IMG/VR virus record: IMGVR_UViG_3300042317_000390
Location: 32,001-96,000 of that record
Strand: one strand, 5' to 3'
From: a virus
Length of the DNA stretch: 64,000 nt
Shown: piece after piece, positions 1 to 8,022 of the stretch
How positions within the stretch are numbered: the stretch's first letter is position 1
How the letters are laid out: every line of letters starts with the position of its first letter
The notes under the pieces: generated by a model
What the model was told of the DNA's origin: nothing
What the model saw: only the letters and a program-made list of their open reading frames with translations
Databases searched by the model: none
Made by a program: the position numbers and the translations under genes

Positions 1-214
1 ACTCAAGCGGAATCTCCGTCCAGAGAATAGACATCCAATATGTCTGAAACTCGGGTGCAAATGAGTCAAGACCAGCCCTCCAGCCGAATACCTGCTCATA
101 GATTCTGACGATTAGATAGAATGTGTTTAGAAGCGCAAGGCCAATCCACATTCCACGGAGATCAACGACATCTGACTTTGCTGCGACTGCAGCGGTTGTA
201 GTTACTGTACTCAT
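1..214 (-). CDS. pmoC: Particulate methane monooxygenase subunit C, 5' part (runs off window start)
   Basis: Manual translation from ATG at 214: MSTVTTTAAVAAKSDVVDLRGMWIGLALLNTFYLIVRIYEQVFGWRAGLDSFAPEFQTYWMSILWTEIPLE, which matches the Methylocystis/Methylosinus-type PmoC N-terminus. GGAGAA RBS at 221-226. Not in the ORF track. Confidence 0.97.
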   Translation of the reverse strand, partial: MSTVTTTAAVAAKSDVVDLRGMWIGLALLNTFYLIVRIYEQVFGWRAGLDSFAPEFQTYWMSILWTEIPLE

Positions 215-289
215 ATATTATTCTCCATAGAGAAAAAAATCAAGTGGTCAGTTTCGCCTTTGGTGACGGTGAACCGCCACTCTTGGTGT

Positions 290-320
290 TATTTATACTA
301 TACCTCTATTGAAAAGTCAA
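290..320 (-). promoter_or_regulatory. Overlapping sigma70-like (TTGACT-N17-TATAAA) and T4 late (TATAAATA) promoter for pmoC
   Basis: Minus strand reads TTGACT tttcaatagaggtatag TATAAATA. Confidence 0.75.
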
Positions 321-325
321 CTGGC

Positions 326-547
326 TTAGTTAAGTTTTTTTCCGAAAGTTTCTTTGGCTGTGCAAAGAATATCCATATTTCTTCTGTCAAGAATGAATAT
401 TGGAGTCATATTCGCTGCTCTATATTCTTCTGCAACTTTAAGAACAGTTCTAAGACCGCTCTCTTCGTCTTCTGGAATAAAAGAAGCTGCTGCTATAACA
501 ACGTTTTCTGGAACTTCGACTAAATCTTGTAGGTTTAATTTTTTCAT
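326..547 (-). CDS. Hypothetical protein
   Basis: ORF in a tightly packed minus-strand run. Confidence 0.65.
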   Translation of the reverse strand: MKKLNLQDLVEVPENVVIAAASFIPEDEESGLRTVLKVAEEYRAANMTPIFILDRRNMDILCTAKETFGKKLN

Positions 548-894
548 TTATCTTTCTTATAAAAAGCTGAAAGGTAAGTCTGCATTGCATCAGAGAATAC
601 CTTATATCCAAACATAGTAACCATCATAGTATTCTTATACATAGTATACACTGGATTCTTATCCAGAACATCTTCTTCTTTTTTAACCTTTGGTGGTTTG
701 CTATCTAATAAAGTCTTATCTTCTATCATATCCTCAAAGAATTGTAATTTCATCTTTGATTGATATTCAACGTCATCAACCTTGGGATCATTCTTTAATA
801 GTTTTTTAATCCTTTTGATCAATTTAAGTTGCCTTTTTGTAGCGTGATACTGACATAACAATATATGATCTAGATCGTCCATTTTACATTTCAA
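544..894 (-). CDS. Hypothetical protein
   Basis: ORF with a 4-bp overlap to the next gene. Confidence 0.65.
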   Translation of the reverse strand: MKCKMDDLDHILLCQYHATKRQLKLIKRIKKLLKNDPKVDDVEYQSKMKLQFFEDMIEDKTLLDSKPPKVKKEEDVLDKNPVYTMYKNTMMVTMFGYKVFSDAMQTYLSAFYKKDK

Positions 895-1014
895 AGGTTC
901 CAGGGACTAACCACCATGACACAGCAGCCCAATAAGGCTTATCCAATAATGGATCAATCTCAAAACAGGCAGTAACCATTTCAAAGGACTGCTGTTCGAT
1001 ATAATATTCTACTA

Positions 1015-1320
1015 TCATTTGTCTTTGTCCGTCACATATAATTCATCAAGATTTTCGTATAAAACCTTTTCAAATTCTTCACCTAATCTTTCTTGTTTTT
1101 TAAGAAATTCATTCATTTCATATTCTATATGATCACCATTATGAAATCTAATTCCTAATAAGTGATCGTGCATGGCCATCATAGCATTAGCAAACCAACC
1201 AATCATATATTCTTCATCACGGAAAGCATCACGATCCATATCTTTTGTAGTTTCAATAAAAAACTTGGCCCATGCTTGTGCATCTGGATTTTGATGTATG
1301 CTCATATCATAATCGGTCAT
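1015..1320 (-). CDS. Hypothetical protein (start refined to MTDYDMSIH)
   Basis: ATG at 1320 lies directly after the PRTase stop. Confidence 0.65.
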   Translation of the reverse strand: MTDYDMSIHQNPDAQAWAKFFIETTKDMDRDAFRDEEYMIGWFANAMMAMHDHLLGIRFHNGDHIEYEMNEFLKKQERLGEEFEKVLYENLDELYVTDKDK

Positions 1321-1321
1321 A

Positions 1322-1687
1322 TTAAATAATATCCATAGTAAAGATTGCACGAATATAGTGTTGAGGATCAAATGGAATACGGTTACGAGCAAATACAACG
1401 AAACCTAAATCATTGCCTTCCATAACGTCTTTCATTGACTTGCCTGTAGTATATACGTCATCAACGACTAATCGTAATGGGTGTCCGGGCGTAATATACT
1501 TCTCTAACGATTGAGCCAACTTAACGCCACCACGAGGAATACCGTAAACACTACCAAATCTAGTACGCTCATGTATAATCCTTGATAAACAATTCCAGTC
1601 TTCATCTGTTAATGCGTCACACTCAATTTTCCAATTTAACTCATGTCCAGCGTGGGAAATAAACTTTCCCCTATTGAATAGATTCAT
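1322..1687 (-). CDS. Type I phosphoribosyltransferase-like protein (short, OPRTase-like)
   Basis: GIPRGG loop and PRPP-binding motif LVVDDVYTTGKS. Confidence 0.8.
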   Translation of the reverse strand: MNLFNRGKFISHAGHELNWKIECDALTDEDWNCLSRIIHERTRFGSVYGIPRGGVKLAQSLEKYITPGHPLRLVVDDVYTTGKSMKDVMEGNDLGFVVFARNRIPFDPQHYIRAIFTMDII

Positions 1688-1938
1688 GACTTTTTCCGTT
1701 TTTTATTAAACAAATACCATTGGAGTCTTATGAAACCAATGACTCTGTTTATATAGTCTGTCAGATAAACGTCACGCTTGTTATTGAGTAACCATAGTCT
1801 ATCATAGTCAGCTTGTAGGGCAGAGATTAGATAAGCAGCCTTGCGAGGAACAGACATACATTTAACATGATTGTTCTTCTCAATCCAATCTGCTAACTCA
1901 TGCAGTTGTTTGATTATTTCGTCGTGGTCATTCATCAT
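1684..1938 (-). CDS. Hypothetical protein
   Basis: ORF overlapping its neighbour. Confidence 0.6.
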   Translation of the reverse strand: MMNDHDEIIKQLHELADWIEKNNHVKCMSVPRKAAYLISALQADYDRLWLLNNKRDVYLTDYINRVIGFIRLQWYLFNKKRKKS

Positions 1939-2103
1939 GCACCCCAGTAAATTACTTCTTCTATTTTACGACCCCACAAAAATGCGCCATCATTATATGC
2001 TCGTATTCTGAGAAGAACTTTCAAGTCAGAAGAAAACATGGCGTAGTCAAGAATACCACACTCTTCCATAAGCAGATCAAATGTAGGATTGGCCCATTCT
2101 TCG

Positions 2104-2295
2104 TCAGTCATCTATTCTCTCACCAACTTCATTGACGTGGAAACCAGCACGGACTTCTAATTCATCCTGTGTTTGTTTATAGAACTTGAACACATGATTA
2201 CAATACCATCTGTCCCAGTCTCCACCGTCAAACTTTTGTTCTTTCAAATATTCATCAAACAGTTTGTTATACTCTGCTTGAGTTATTGATTTCAT
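2104..2295 (-). CDS. Hypothetical protein
   Basis: ORF in the minus-strand run. Confidence 0.55.
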   Translation of the reverse strand: MKSITQAEYNKLFDEYLKEQKFDGGDWDRWYCNHVFKFYKQTQDELEVRAGFHVNEVGERIDD

Positions 2296-2822
2296 TTTAG
2301 GATTTCTCTAATCCTTGTATATTGCACATTTGCTGGTTTAAGTGTTCCAAAGTCAATAATCGCCTCAGGTGCAAATGTGCTTGGATCTTCTGTAAATCCA
2401 ACAACAAATCCTTCAACCAAAATCATATCACCAACTTCAAGTTTATCAGGATCAATTTGTAACTGTGCCATTATAATTCTGCCTTCATCATTTATCTTTA
2501 TGACACTTAATGCCCATTCTACCTTCTACCCAATTACCTAACATATTAATCTCAGCATGGGTAGTACCAACAGTGCAAAGTTTGGGTTCAACTTTGGCTT
2601 CTTGGTTTTGACAAACGCTACCCACACACATGAATACAGTTGCTAATACTAAAGTTTTCATCAGAAACCAAACTGTGCCTTGACGATCTTAACGGCGATA
2701 TCAAAAGCTTCGCCTAGAACGACTTCATCAACTTCCACTCCACGCTCACGGAAAACTTCTCCCATAGCGTCAACTGCTTGTGTCTTTGTCTCAGATGTAA
2801 TATCAAACATTATGTTCTCCTT

Positions 2823-2830
2823 TATAAATA
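2823..2830 (+). promoter_or_regulatory. T4-like late promoter
   Basis: TATAAATA upstream of the GGAGG RBS of the spanin genes. Confidence 0.8.
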
Positions 2831-2848
2831 TCCTAAACGGAGGATGAC

Positions 2849-3229
2849 ATGGAAATACTATTATCTCTCATAACTTCAGGATCATTACGTTATATAGTAA
2901 TCCTATTACTCGTAGCCATTGGCGGAACTTATTTCTATGTGTCCTACAAGAACTACGGTGAGTTGCAAAGAGAATTAGCTCAATACCAGTATAATATAAA
3001 ACAGCTTGAGCAATTAGTAAAGGACAGAGAAAATCAGATTCAGAACCTTAATCAGATTAATAAGGATAAGGATGAAGCTGTGGTTCTACTTGAGCAAGAA
3101 AGACGAGATCTTGAAGATAAACTAAAATCTATTGAGAGTGATATTGATATAGAGGTAGGTAAAGGTAACGATAGACCTTCTTCTAACATTCTTAAGGATA
3201 CATTTAGAAAATTAGGAGTTATGAAATGA
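2849..3229 (+). CDS. Inner-membrane spanin (Rz/PseT.3-like)
   Basis: N-terminal TM helix plus periplasmic coiled coil; overlaps a lipoprotein gene; late promoter. Confidence 0.75.
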   Translation: MEILLSLITSGSLRYIVILLLVAIGGTYFYVSYKNYGELQRELAQYQYNIKQLEQLVKDRENQIQNLNQINKDKDEAVVLLEQERRDLEDKLKSIESDIDIEVGKGNDRPSSNILKDTFRKLGVMK

Positions 3230-3516
3230 AGCTGACCTACTTGCTAACCATATGTGCGACCATCTTGCTGACCAGCTGTAATGACCAAAGTCAAGTTATT
3301 ACAAGCTACAGATATATGGTAGTTCATCCGTCAGAAGCAATGTATTATTGCCCTGTTCTTAAAGAATTTCCTAATTGGAAGACTTTAACTGATGCACAAG
3401 TTGCAAAGACAGTAATACAGCTACAGAAGAACAATTTGAACTGCAAGAGTTCAATGCAATCTATTAAATCATTTTTGGATAAGGAAGAAAAAAGGCTCCA
3501 AAGTCAGGAGCCTTAA
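3226..3516 (+). CDS. Outer-membrane spanin lipoprotein (Rz1/PseT.2-like)
   Basis: Lipobox LLTS-C, additional Cys and Pro, ATGA overlap with the i-spanin. Confidence 0.75.
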   Translation: MKLTYLLTICATILLTSCNDQSQVITSYRYMVVHPSEAMYYCPVLKEFPNWKTLTDAQVAKTVIQLQKNNLNCKSSMQSIKSFLDKEEKRLQSQEP

Positions 3517-3519
3517 TCT

Positions 3520-3738
3520 TTAGTTGCCTGCGGCGTCTTTAACTGTTGTAATCTGCGTTAGGAAACGCATAACAGCCATTACTAGACCAGCGGCTAGACC
3601 AGCGGCTGGTACAACTAGATTCTCTGGAACACCCCATCCAGCTAACACTGATGTCCAATCAATACCACCAACCTTTTCGCTGACGATTGGTAGAACTGCC
3701 ATTAGGAAAGCTACGAGATAAGTCTTATAACCGTTCAT
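3520..3738 (-). CDS. Putative holin (small, 2 TM)
   Basis: MNGYKTYLVA N-terminus and two hydrophobic helices; adjacent to the spanins. Confidence 0.55.
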   Translation of the reverse strand: MNGYKTYLVAFLMAVLPIVSEKVGGIDWTSVLAGWGVPENLVVPAAGLAAGLVMAVMRFLTQITTVKDAAGN

Positions 3739-3775
3739 GATAATCTCCTTTCAATGAATTGCCTGTTAGGCTGTA

Positions 3776-3979
3776 TTATTTAGGAGTATCTTCGGTCTGC
3801 TTTGTCATACACTGTGTTTTGAGATTATAACCTATCCAGAACGACCTTTGTCTACGGTCGCACCAGTTTTTACTCTTTAGGAACTTTTCGGGATCAACAC
3901 CATTACGCGCAACGCCTTTACCGATAACAAGTATTCTGGATAGTTCTTCTTTTGGTATTTTATGTCGGCGCTTGGACAC
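3776..3979 (-). CDS. Small basic hypothetical protein
   Basis: GTG start after GGAG, own promoter. Confidence 0.6.
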   Translation of the reverse strand: MSKRRHKIPKEELSRILVIGKGVARNGVDPEKFLKSKNWCDRRQRSFWIGYNLKTQCMTKQTEDTPK

Positions 3980-3994
3980 GTGGATTCTCCGTTA

Positions 3995-4036
3995 TTAGTA
4001 TACACTTATAATATACTAAAAAGTCTGAGAAGTAAA
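3995..4036 (-). promoter_or_regulatory. Early promoter TTTACT-N17-TATTAT with 8-bp dyad
   Basis: -35 at 4031-4036, -10 at 4008-4013; inverted repeat TTAGTATA-N9-TATACTAA. Confidence 0.75.
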
Positions 4037-4037
4037 A

Positions 4038-4352
4038 TTATTCATTTCTCCAAACGAGCGCCTTTTTCTTTTCATCATCAGTTAAGATGTGAGCGATATG
4101 ATGCGCTTCGGTCTTCAGTGTACCCTTCGGTGCTACAGCTTTTATTCTATCAGAAAGATCATTATAGTTTCTTTCCAACAGAGTAACTGTATAATCAAAA
4201 GCACCATCTGATAACTTCGGATCATCTAGTTCATAGTATAAGTAGCAGGAGTATAGAAACATTGTCTCCTGCCACTCTAACATCTTCTGCCAACTAACAG
4301 CTTGACATGTATCGGAATAACCACTATTTTCTGTCTTTACCCAAGTCATCAC
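4038..4352 (-). CDS. Stand-alone NAD-dependent ligase domain Ia-like protein
   Basis: YLYYELDDPKLSDGAFD matches the LigA YY-D-P-SD-YD motif; no adenylation domain. Confidence 0.65.
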   Translation of the reverse strand: MMTWVKTENSGYSDTCQAVSWQKMLEWQETMFLYSCYLYYELDDPKLSDGAFDYTVTLLERNYNDLSDRIKAVAPKGTLKTEAHHIAHILTDDEKKKALVWRNE

Positions 4353-4564
4353 GACCTCTCTATGATGTCCAGTAAACCCTTCAGGAATTCAACCTCAGAT
4401 AAAGCGCCTTTCTGTAATCCCTTATAATAAGGGTCTTTCAGTGGATCTTGCGCTGCATAATTGGTTCTGTTCCGAAGCCTGTCATAAAGAAACTCTTTTA
4501 TTTCCACTAGTGCTGTGTCTGCATTCTTAGTTAAGAACTTATTAGTCATTGTCTCTATCCTCAT
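4349..4564 (-). CDS. Hypothetical protein
   Basis: ORF downstream of an early promoter. Confidence 0.55.
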   Translation of the reverse strand: MRIETMTNKFLTKNADTALVEIKEFLYDRLRNRTNYAAQDPLKDPYYKGLQKGALSEVEFLKGLLDIIERS

Positions 4565-4592
4565 AATTAGTTATTTCATCGTCCACAGAGTA

Positions 4593-4690
4593 ATTATACT
4601 ATTATAATTTTAACAAGTAAAGTGAATTATCTTCTGGGTTACATTATTTTTTAATTTACTTGTTAGGCGCTTTCCTTTAATATAAGAAAA
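4593..4690. promoter_or_regulatory. Divergent early promoters
   Basis: Minus: TTTACT(4616-4621)-N17-TATAAT(4593-4598). Plus: TTTACT(4655-4660)-N17-TAATAT. Confidence 0.7.
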
Positions 4691-4713
4691 TAAGAAAACG
4701 GTGGAGATCACTA

Positions 4714-5373
4714 ATGGTTAAGCTGTCCCGTCCCTCCAAGATGCCTTGCGCTACTTGGTCACTGGAAGCAAGAAAAACTTGCCCAGGTTCGGTTGATCCT
4801 GTAACCAAGGAATCAGTCCCGGTCTGCGAAGGTTGTTACGCCTCTTATGGTTTCTATAAGATGCCTGCCTCCAAGAAAATTCGTATTAACAATCGTAAAG
4901 ATTGGCAGCGCAAAGAATGGGTTAGTGAGATGATCGAAGCGATCAATACTCAGAAACCCGATAAGCAAGGTAAACGATATTTTCGTTGGTTTGACTCCGG
5001 CGACATCTATCATCCTAATCTTGCCGTTAAGATTTTAGAGGTTATGAAAGGAACTCCAAAGGTTAAGCATTGGCTTCCTACTCGTTCCTACAAGATACCT
5101 AAGATCAGAGAAACATTAGAGGAAATGAAACTTCTTCCTAATGTTATGGTTCGTTATTCGTCTGATTCGATAACGGGAGAACACGGTGAGATTCACGGAT
5201 CGGTGGTTATCCCTGATCATGACTTTAAGATCAAGGCAAAGAAGTGCGATGCTTATGAACGAGACGGTAAGTGCGGTGACTGTAGAGCTTGCTGGAGTAA
5301 GAGCGTTAAGTTAATTGCTTACAGCGCTCACGGCGTTAAGATGAAGACAGTCGTTAAAAAACACGCTGCTTAG
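4714..5373 (+). CDS. GP88-family (radical-SAM-like, Cys-rich) phage protein
   Basis: LSRPSKMP, TCPGS..VCEGCYA, FRWFDSGD, HWLPTR, CGDCRACW. Confidence 0.75.
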   Translation: MVKLSRPSKMPCATWSLEARKTCPGSVDPVTKESVPVCEGCYASYGFYKMPASKKIRINNRKDWQRKEWVSEMIEAINTQKPDKQGKRYFRWFDSGDIYHPNLAVKILEVMKGTPKVKHWLPTRSYKIPKIRETLEEMKLLPNVMVRYSSDSITGEHGEIHGSVVIPDHDFKIKAKKCDAYERDGKCGDCRACWSKSVKLIAYSAHGVKMKTVVKKHAA

Positions 5374-5382
5374 GAGTATATA

Positions 5383-5958
5383 ATGAAACCGACATACGAA
5401 GAAGCACTCAAAGGAACTATGCAGTGGCGTGATAACTATAAGGATATTGGCATTCTATTGTCATTCCATGGTTATCGTAATGGTCCTGAGTATCAGAGCG
5501 AAGGAACATGGTGCTATTATCTATTACTAGATGAACGCATGTTCAATCCCAAAGACTGGAAAAAGATGTGGTTTAAACCTCAAGTTACAGATTGGGGGTT
5601 GGACTATAACTATTATGCGTTTCCTGATGTTGACTTTCACGGCGGCATCACGTTCTATGAACAGGGTGAGCAATATGAACGCAAGACAGGTAAGAAGTTT
5701 AAGACGCTCAAGGTAGGATGTGACTACGCTCATCTTTGGGATAGCGAACGTGGTTATCCTGATTATTATGATAGCGTCTTGTTTGATGCTAAACACTCTG
5801 TTACGTGTTTACTTTCTCACTTTCCTAACGTAAAGTGGAAGTGCGGTTATTCTGGTATTTGGGACGACCCAAAGAATTTCTATATTGCTAAGAATGGAAA
5901 ACGAATCCATATTAGCATGGAAGAAAAGATCGAATGGGCAGAATGGAAACGAGCATGA
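5383..5958 (+). CDS. Conserved phage hypothetical protein
   Basis: FHGGITFY..VGCDYAHLWD motif; RBS. Confidence 0.7.
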   Translation: MKPTYEEALKGTMQWRDNYKDIGILLSFHGYRNGPEYQSEGTWCYYLLLDERMFNPKDWKKMWFKPQVTDWGLDYNYYAFPDVDFHGGITFYEQGEQYERKTGKKFKTLKVGCDYAHLWDSERGYPDYYDSVLFDAKHSVTCLLSHFPNVKWKCGYSGIWDDPKNFYIAKNGKRIHISMEEKIEWAEWKRA

Positions 5959-7058
5959 GAAAGTATCATCCCGGCGATAAGGTAACAGTCAGAGCAATTG
6001 TGCGGTATAACTGTATGTCTGGTAGATTGTTAGGGGTTGAGATTATCGGTGAAGGTAATATTGATCATGTGACAGTAGTAATACCTGTCGATCAAATAGT
6101 ATCACACGAGAAGGTGCCGCCAGGACAGCCTTTGGAAAGGGATGCTGCAAGTGCGTCTCGAAGACGAAGCCGACGACACCGCTGCGCTGGCGCTTCTCGC
6201 ACCCGCCGCGCACAATCCAGGAGGAACGCCATGAGCAGCATGCGCAAGCTCGAACGCGATTTCGCTCATGCCGACGCCGCTGCCGTCAACGGCTTGCTCG
6301 CGCAGCTCGGCGACGAAGACGTTATGGCACGGTTCGGCCTTGAGGCGCGGCTCGCCGACCTGCAGGCCGAGATCGCTCGGCTCGACGCCGCCGGCGACGA
6401 GCCTGTCGCGTCGGCCGCCCTGTTCTTCGGCGGTCGTCCTGTACTCGGCCAGCGGGGGATCGAGAGCGAATTCGCCGGCACCGTTATCACCAAATTTCAA
6501 GATATCGTCGCGAAGGTTCTGGCGCGCTGGGTGACACCTCGACCCTCGCCGACCCCGGCGTGGTCGATGCGCTCATCAAGGATCACGCCTCCAGCTGACG
6601 TTTGTCGACGCGCCACCTGCGTCGGCCTTGGCCTTGACAGCCAATATGTTTACCATAATGTTAGTAGGTTTGTAAAAGTATATAAGATGCACACAGCTAA
6701 AATCAAACCGCTATTCAAACCCGGTGATCGTGTTATATGGGATGATACGGCATATAACAAGAAAAGAAAAGCAACTGTTATTGCTTGCTGTGATGATGAG
6801 TATTATACTATTGAAGTGGATAGTAAGTATTCAAAATATAATACATTCAACGTCCATGTAGACAATCTTGATCCCATGCCCAAAGAAGTTAAGATAGCAG
6901 ATAAAGAATATGCTGTCAAGTGTGCTAAATGGTTTAAATCTGCTTACGCAGCGATAACAAAAGCTGGTGGTGTTCCTGAATATGTTATCGACAGTATTCC
7001 GGCTGATGTGTTAGATAATCTTATACGGAACGATCTCCACTTGGAGTATAAGAAGTGA
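5955..7058 (+). CDS. Phage protein with two PGD(K/R)V domains, interrupted in frame by a GC-rich host-like insert
   Basis: AT-rich KYHPGDKV and LFKPGDRV segments flank about 570 bp of GC-rich DNA; the frame stays open. Confidence 0.6.
   Translation: MRKYHPGDKVTVRAIVRYNCMSGRLLGVEIIGEGNIDHVTVVIPVDQIVSHEKVPPGQPLERDAASASRRRSRRHRCAGASRTRRAQSRRNAMSSMRKLERDFAHADAAAVNGLLAQLGDEDVMARFGLEARLADLQAEIARLDAAGDEPVASAALFFGGRPVLGQRGIESEFAGTVITKFQDIVAKVLARWVTPRPSPTPAWSMRSSRITPPADVCRRATCVGLGLDSQYVYHNVSRFVKVYKMHTAKIKPLFKPGDRVIWDDTAYNKKRKATVIACCDDEYYTIEVDSKYSKYNTFNVHVDNLDPMPKEVKIADKEYAVKCAKWFKSAYAAITKAGGVPEYVIDSIPADVLDNLIRNDLHLEYKK
6116..6526 (+). pseudogene. Host-like fragment 1: 3' end of a gene (RQDSLWKGMLQVRLE..GGTP*, resembling the DUF6932 C-terminus) plus the truncated 5' part of its partner (MSSMRKLE..)
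   Basis: GC-rich, AGGAGG RBS at 6219-6224, ATGA stop/start overlap at 6231-6234. Confidence 0.65.
6524..6598 (+). pseudogene. acs: Host-like fragment 2: 3' end of acetyl-CoA synthetase
   Basis: Alternative frame reads ALGDTSTLADPGVVDALIKDHASS*, the conserved Acs C-terminal LGDTSTLADP motif. Confidence 0.8.
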
Positions 7059-7351
7059 CCCTATACTATTATTCTACAGAATATCCTAATGAAAAACAGG
7101 ATATGGATGAGTTCTTTGAGTATATTGCATATGAGTATGAAGACATCAATAGATTGAAATGTGATATAAATTGGTTGACAGAAGATATAGCAAAAGTAAT
7201 GTATTATGGTCATGATGGTTGGGAATGGTGGAAGTATGGTCAAACTCAAACCATCCATTTGTGGGATAGTGATAGAAACTATCTTGGTCATTTTGATGCT
7301 GAATATGAAGTCGAACCTTCTTTCATTACTAGGGATATAGTGAAGCCATGA
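7055..7351 (+). CDS. Hypothetical protein
   Basis: ORF overlapping both neighbours. Confidence 0.65.
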   Translation: MTLYYYSTEYPNEKQDMDEFFEYIAYEYEDINRLKCDINWLTEDIAKVMYYGHDGWEWWKYGQTQTIHLWDSDRNYLGHFDAEYEVEPSFITRDIVKP

Positions 7352-7692
7352 ACTCACAGGAACTCTTGAAGGCGGGATATAAACAGTGTGTTGATCATAT
7401 GGCACCTGAATATGTCAAGGAAACACGCTATTTTTATCAAAAGAAAATATACCGTATAACTGACGGTATATTGTTATATTTTATCAACGTATATGAGTAT
7501 GATTGGCGTCATTTTAATCATAGGAACAAAGACTTTGCTTATGAAGCAAAACTACATTTATATGTTGATGATAAAGCAGACTGTCTACATGTGCATTTTA
7601 ATTGTGATAAGTTTGAGGTAAGAGAACTAGAAGAATATGTCAGTGATCTATATCTACAAATAGGCTGCGTTCCAGACAAACATAATGATTGA
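7348..7692 (+). CDS. Hypothetical protein
   Basis: ORF. Confidence 0.65.
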   Translation: MNSQELLKAGYKQCVDHMAPEYVKETRYFYQKKIYRITDGILLYFINVYEYDWRHFNHRNKDFAYEAKLHLYVDDKADCLHVHFNCDKFEVRELEEYVSDLYLQIGCVPDKHND

Positions 7693-7810
7693 GGTGTATT
7701 ATGCCAGATGATATCATATGACAAATATGATGTCTATGGTTTTTATAAGAGTAGCAAGGTCACTGTGGAATTGGACGATAAATAAGAAAAACATTCCCAA
7801 AGAGCGATTG

Positions 7811-8017
7811 ATGTCAAGTTTATCAGAATCATTACAAAGACGCAAAGAAGTAGCAAAAGAGCGTCTTGCTATATGCATGGATTGCGATAAATACAACCAT
7901 ACTACAACTCAATGTAATGAGTGTGGTTGTATTATGTTGTTAAAAACAATTCTTGCTAGTTCGTCATGTCCTTTGAAAAAGTGGGGAGTTGATAACGAAG
8001 AAAATCATAAGGAATAA
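7811..8017 (+). CDS. DUF6171-like small Cys-rich (metal-binding) protein
   Basis: ERLAICMDC..QCNECGC..K..CPLKKW; near-consensus late promoter GATAAATA at 7777-7784. Confidence 0.7.
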   Translation: MSSLSESLQRRKEVAKERLAICMDCDKYNHTTTQCNECGCIMLLKTILASSSCPLKKWGVDNEENHKE

Positions 8018-8022
8018 CATTT

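Noticed and set aside
260-617. Plus-strand ORFs 260-523 and 354-617
   Set aside because: Antisense shadows of the minus-strand genes and the pmoC promoter; no RBS
6102-6534. Alternative ORFs within the GC-rich insert, or an IS/intron/intein interpretation
   Set aside because: Open frames are expected at high GC; no terminal repeats, transposase, splicing motifs or intron core
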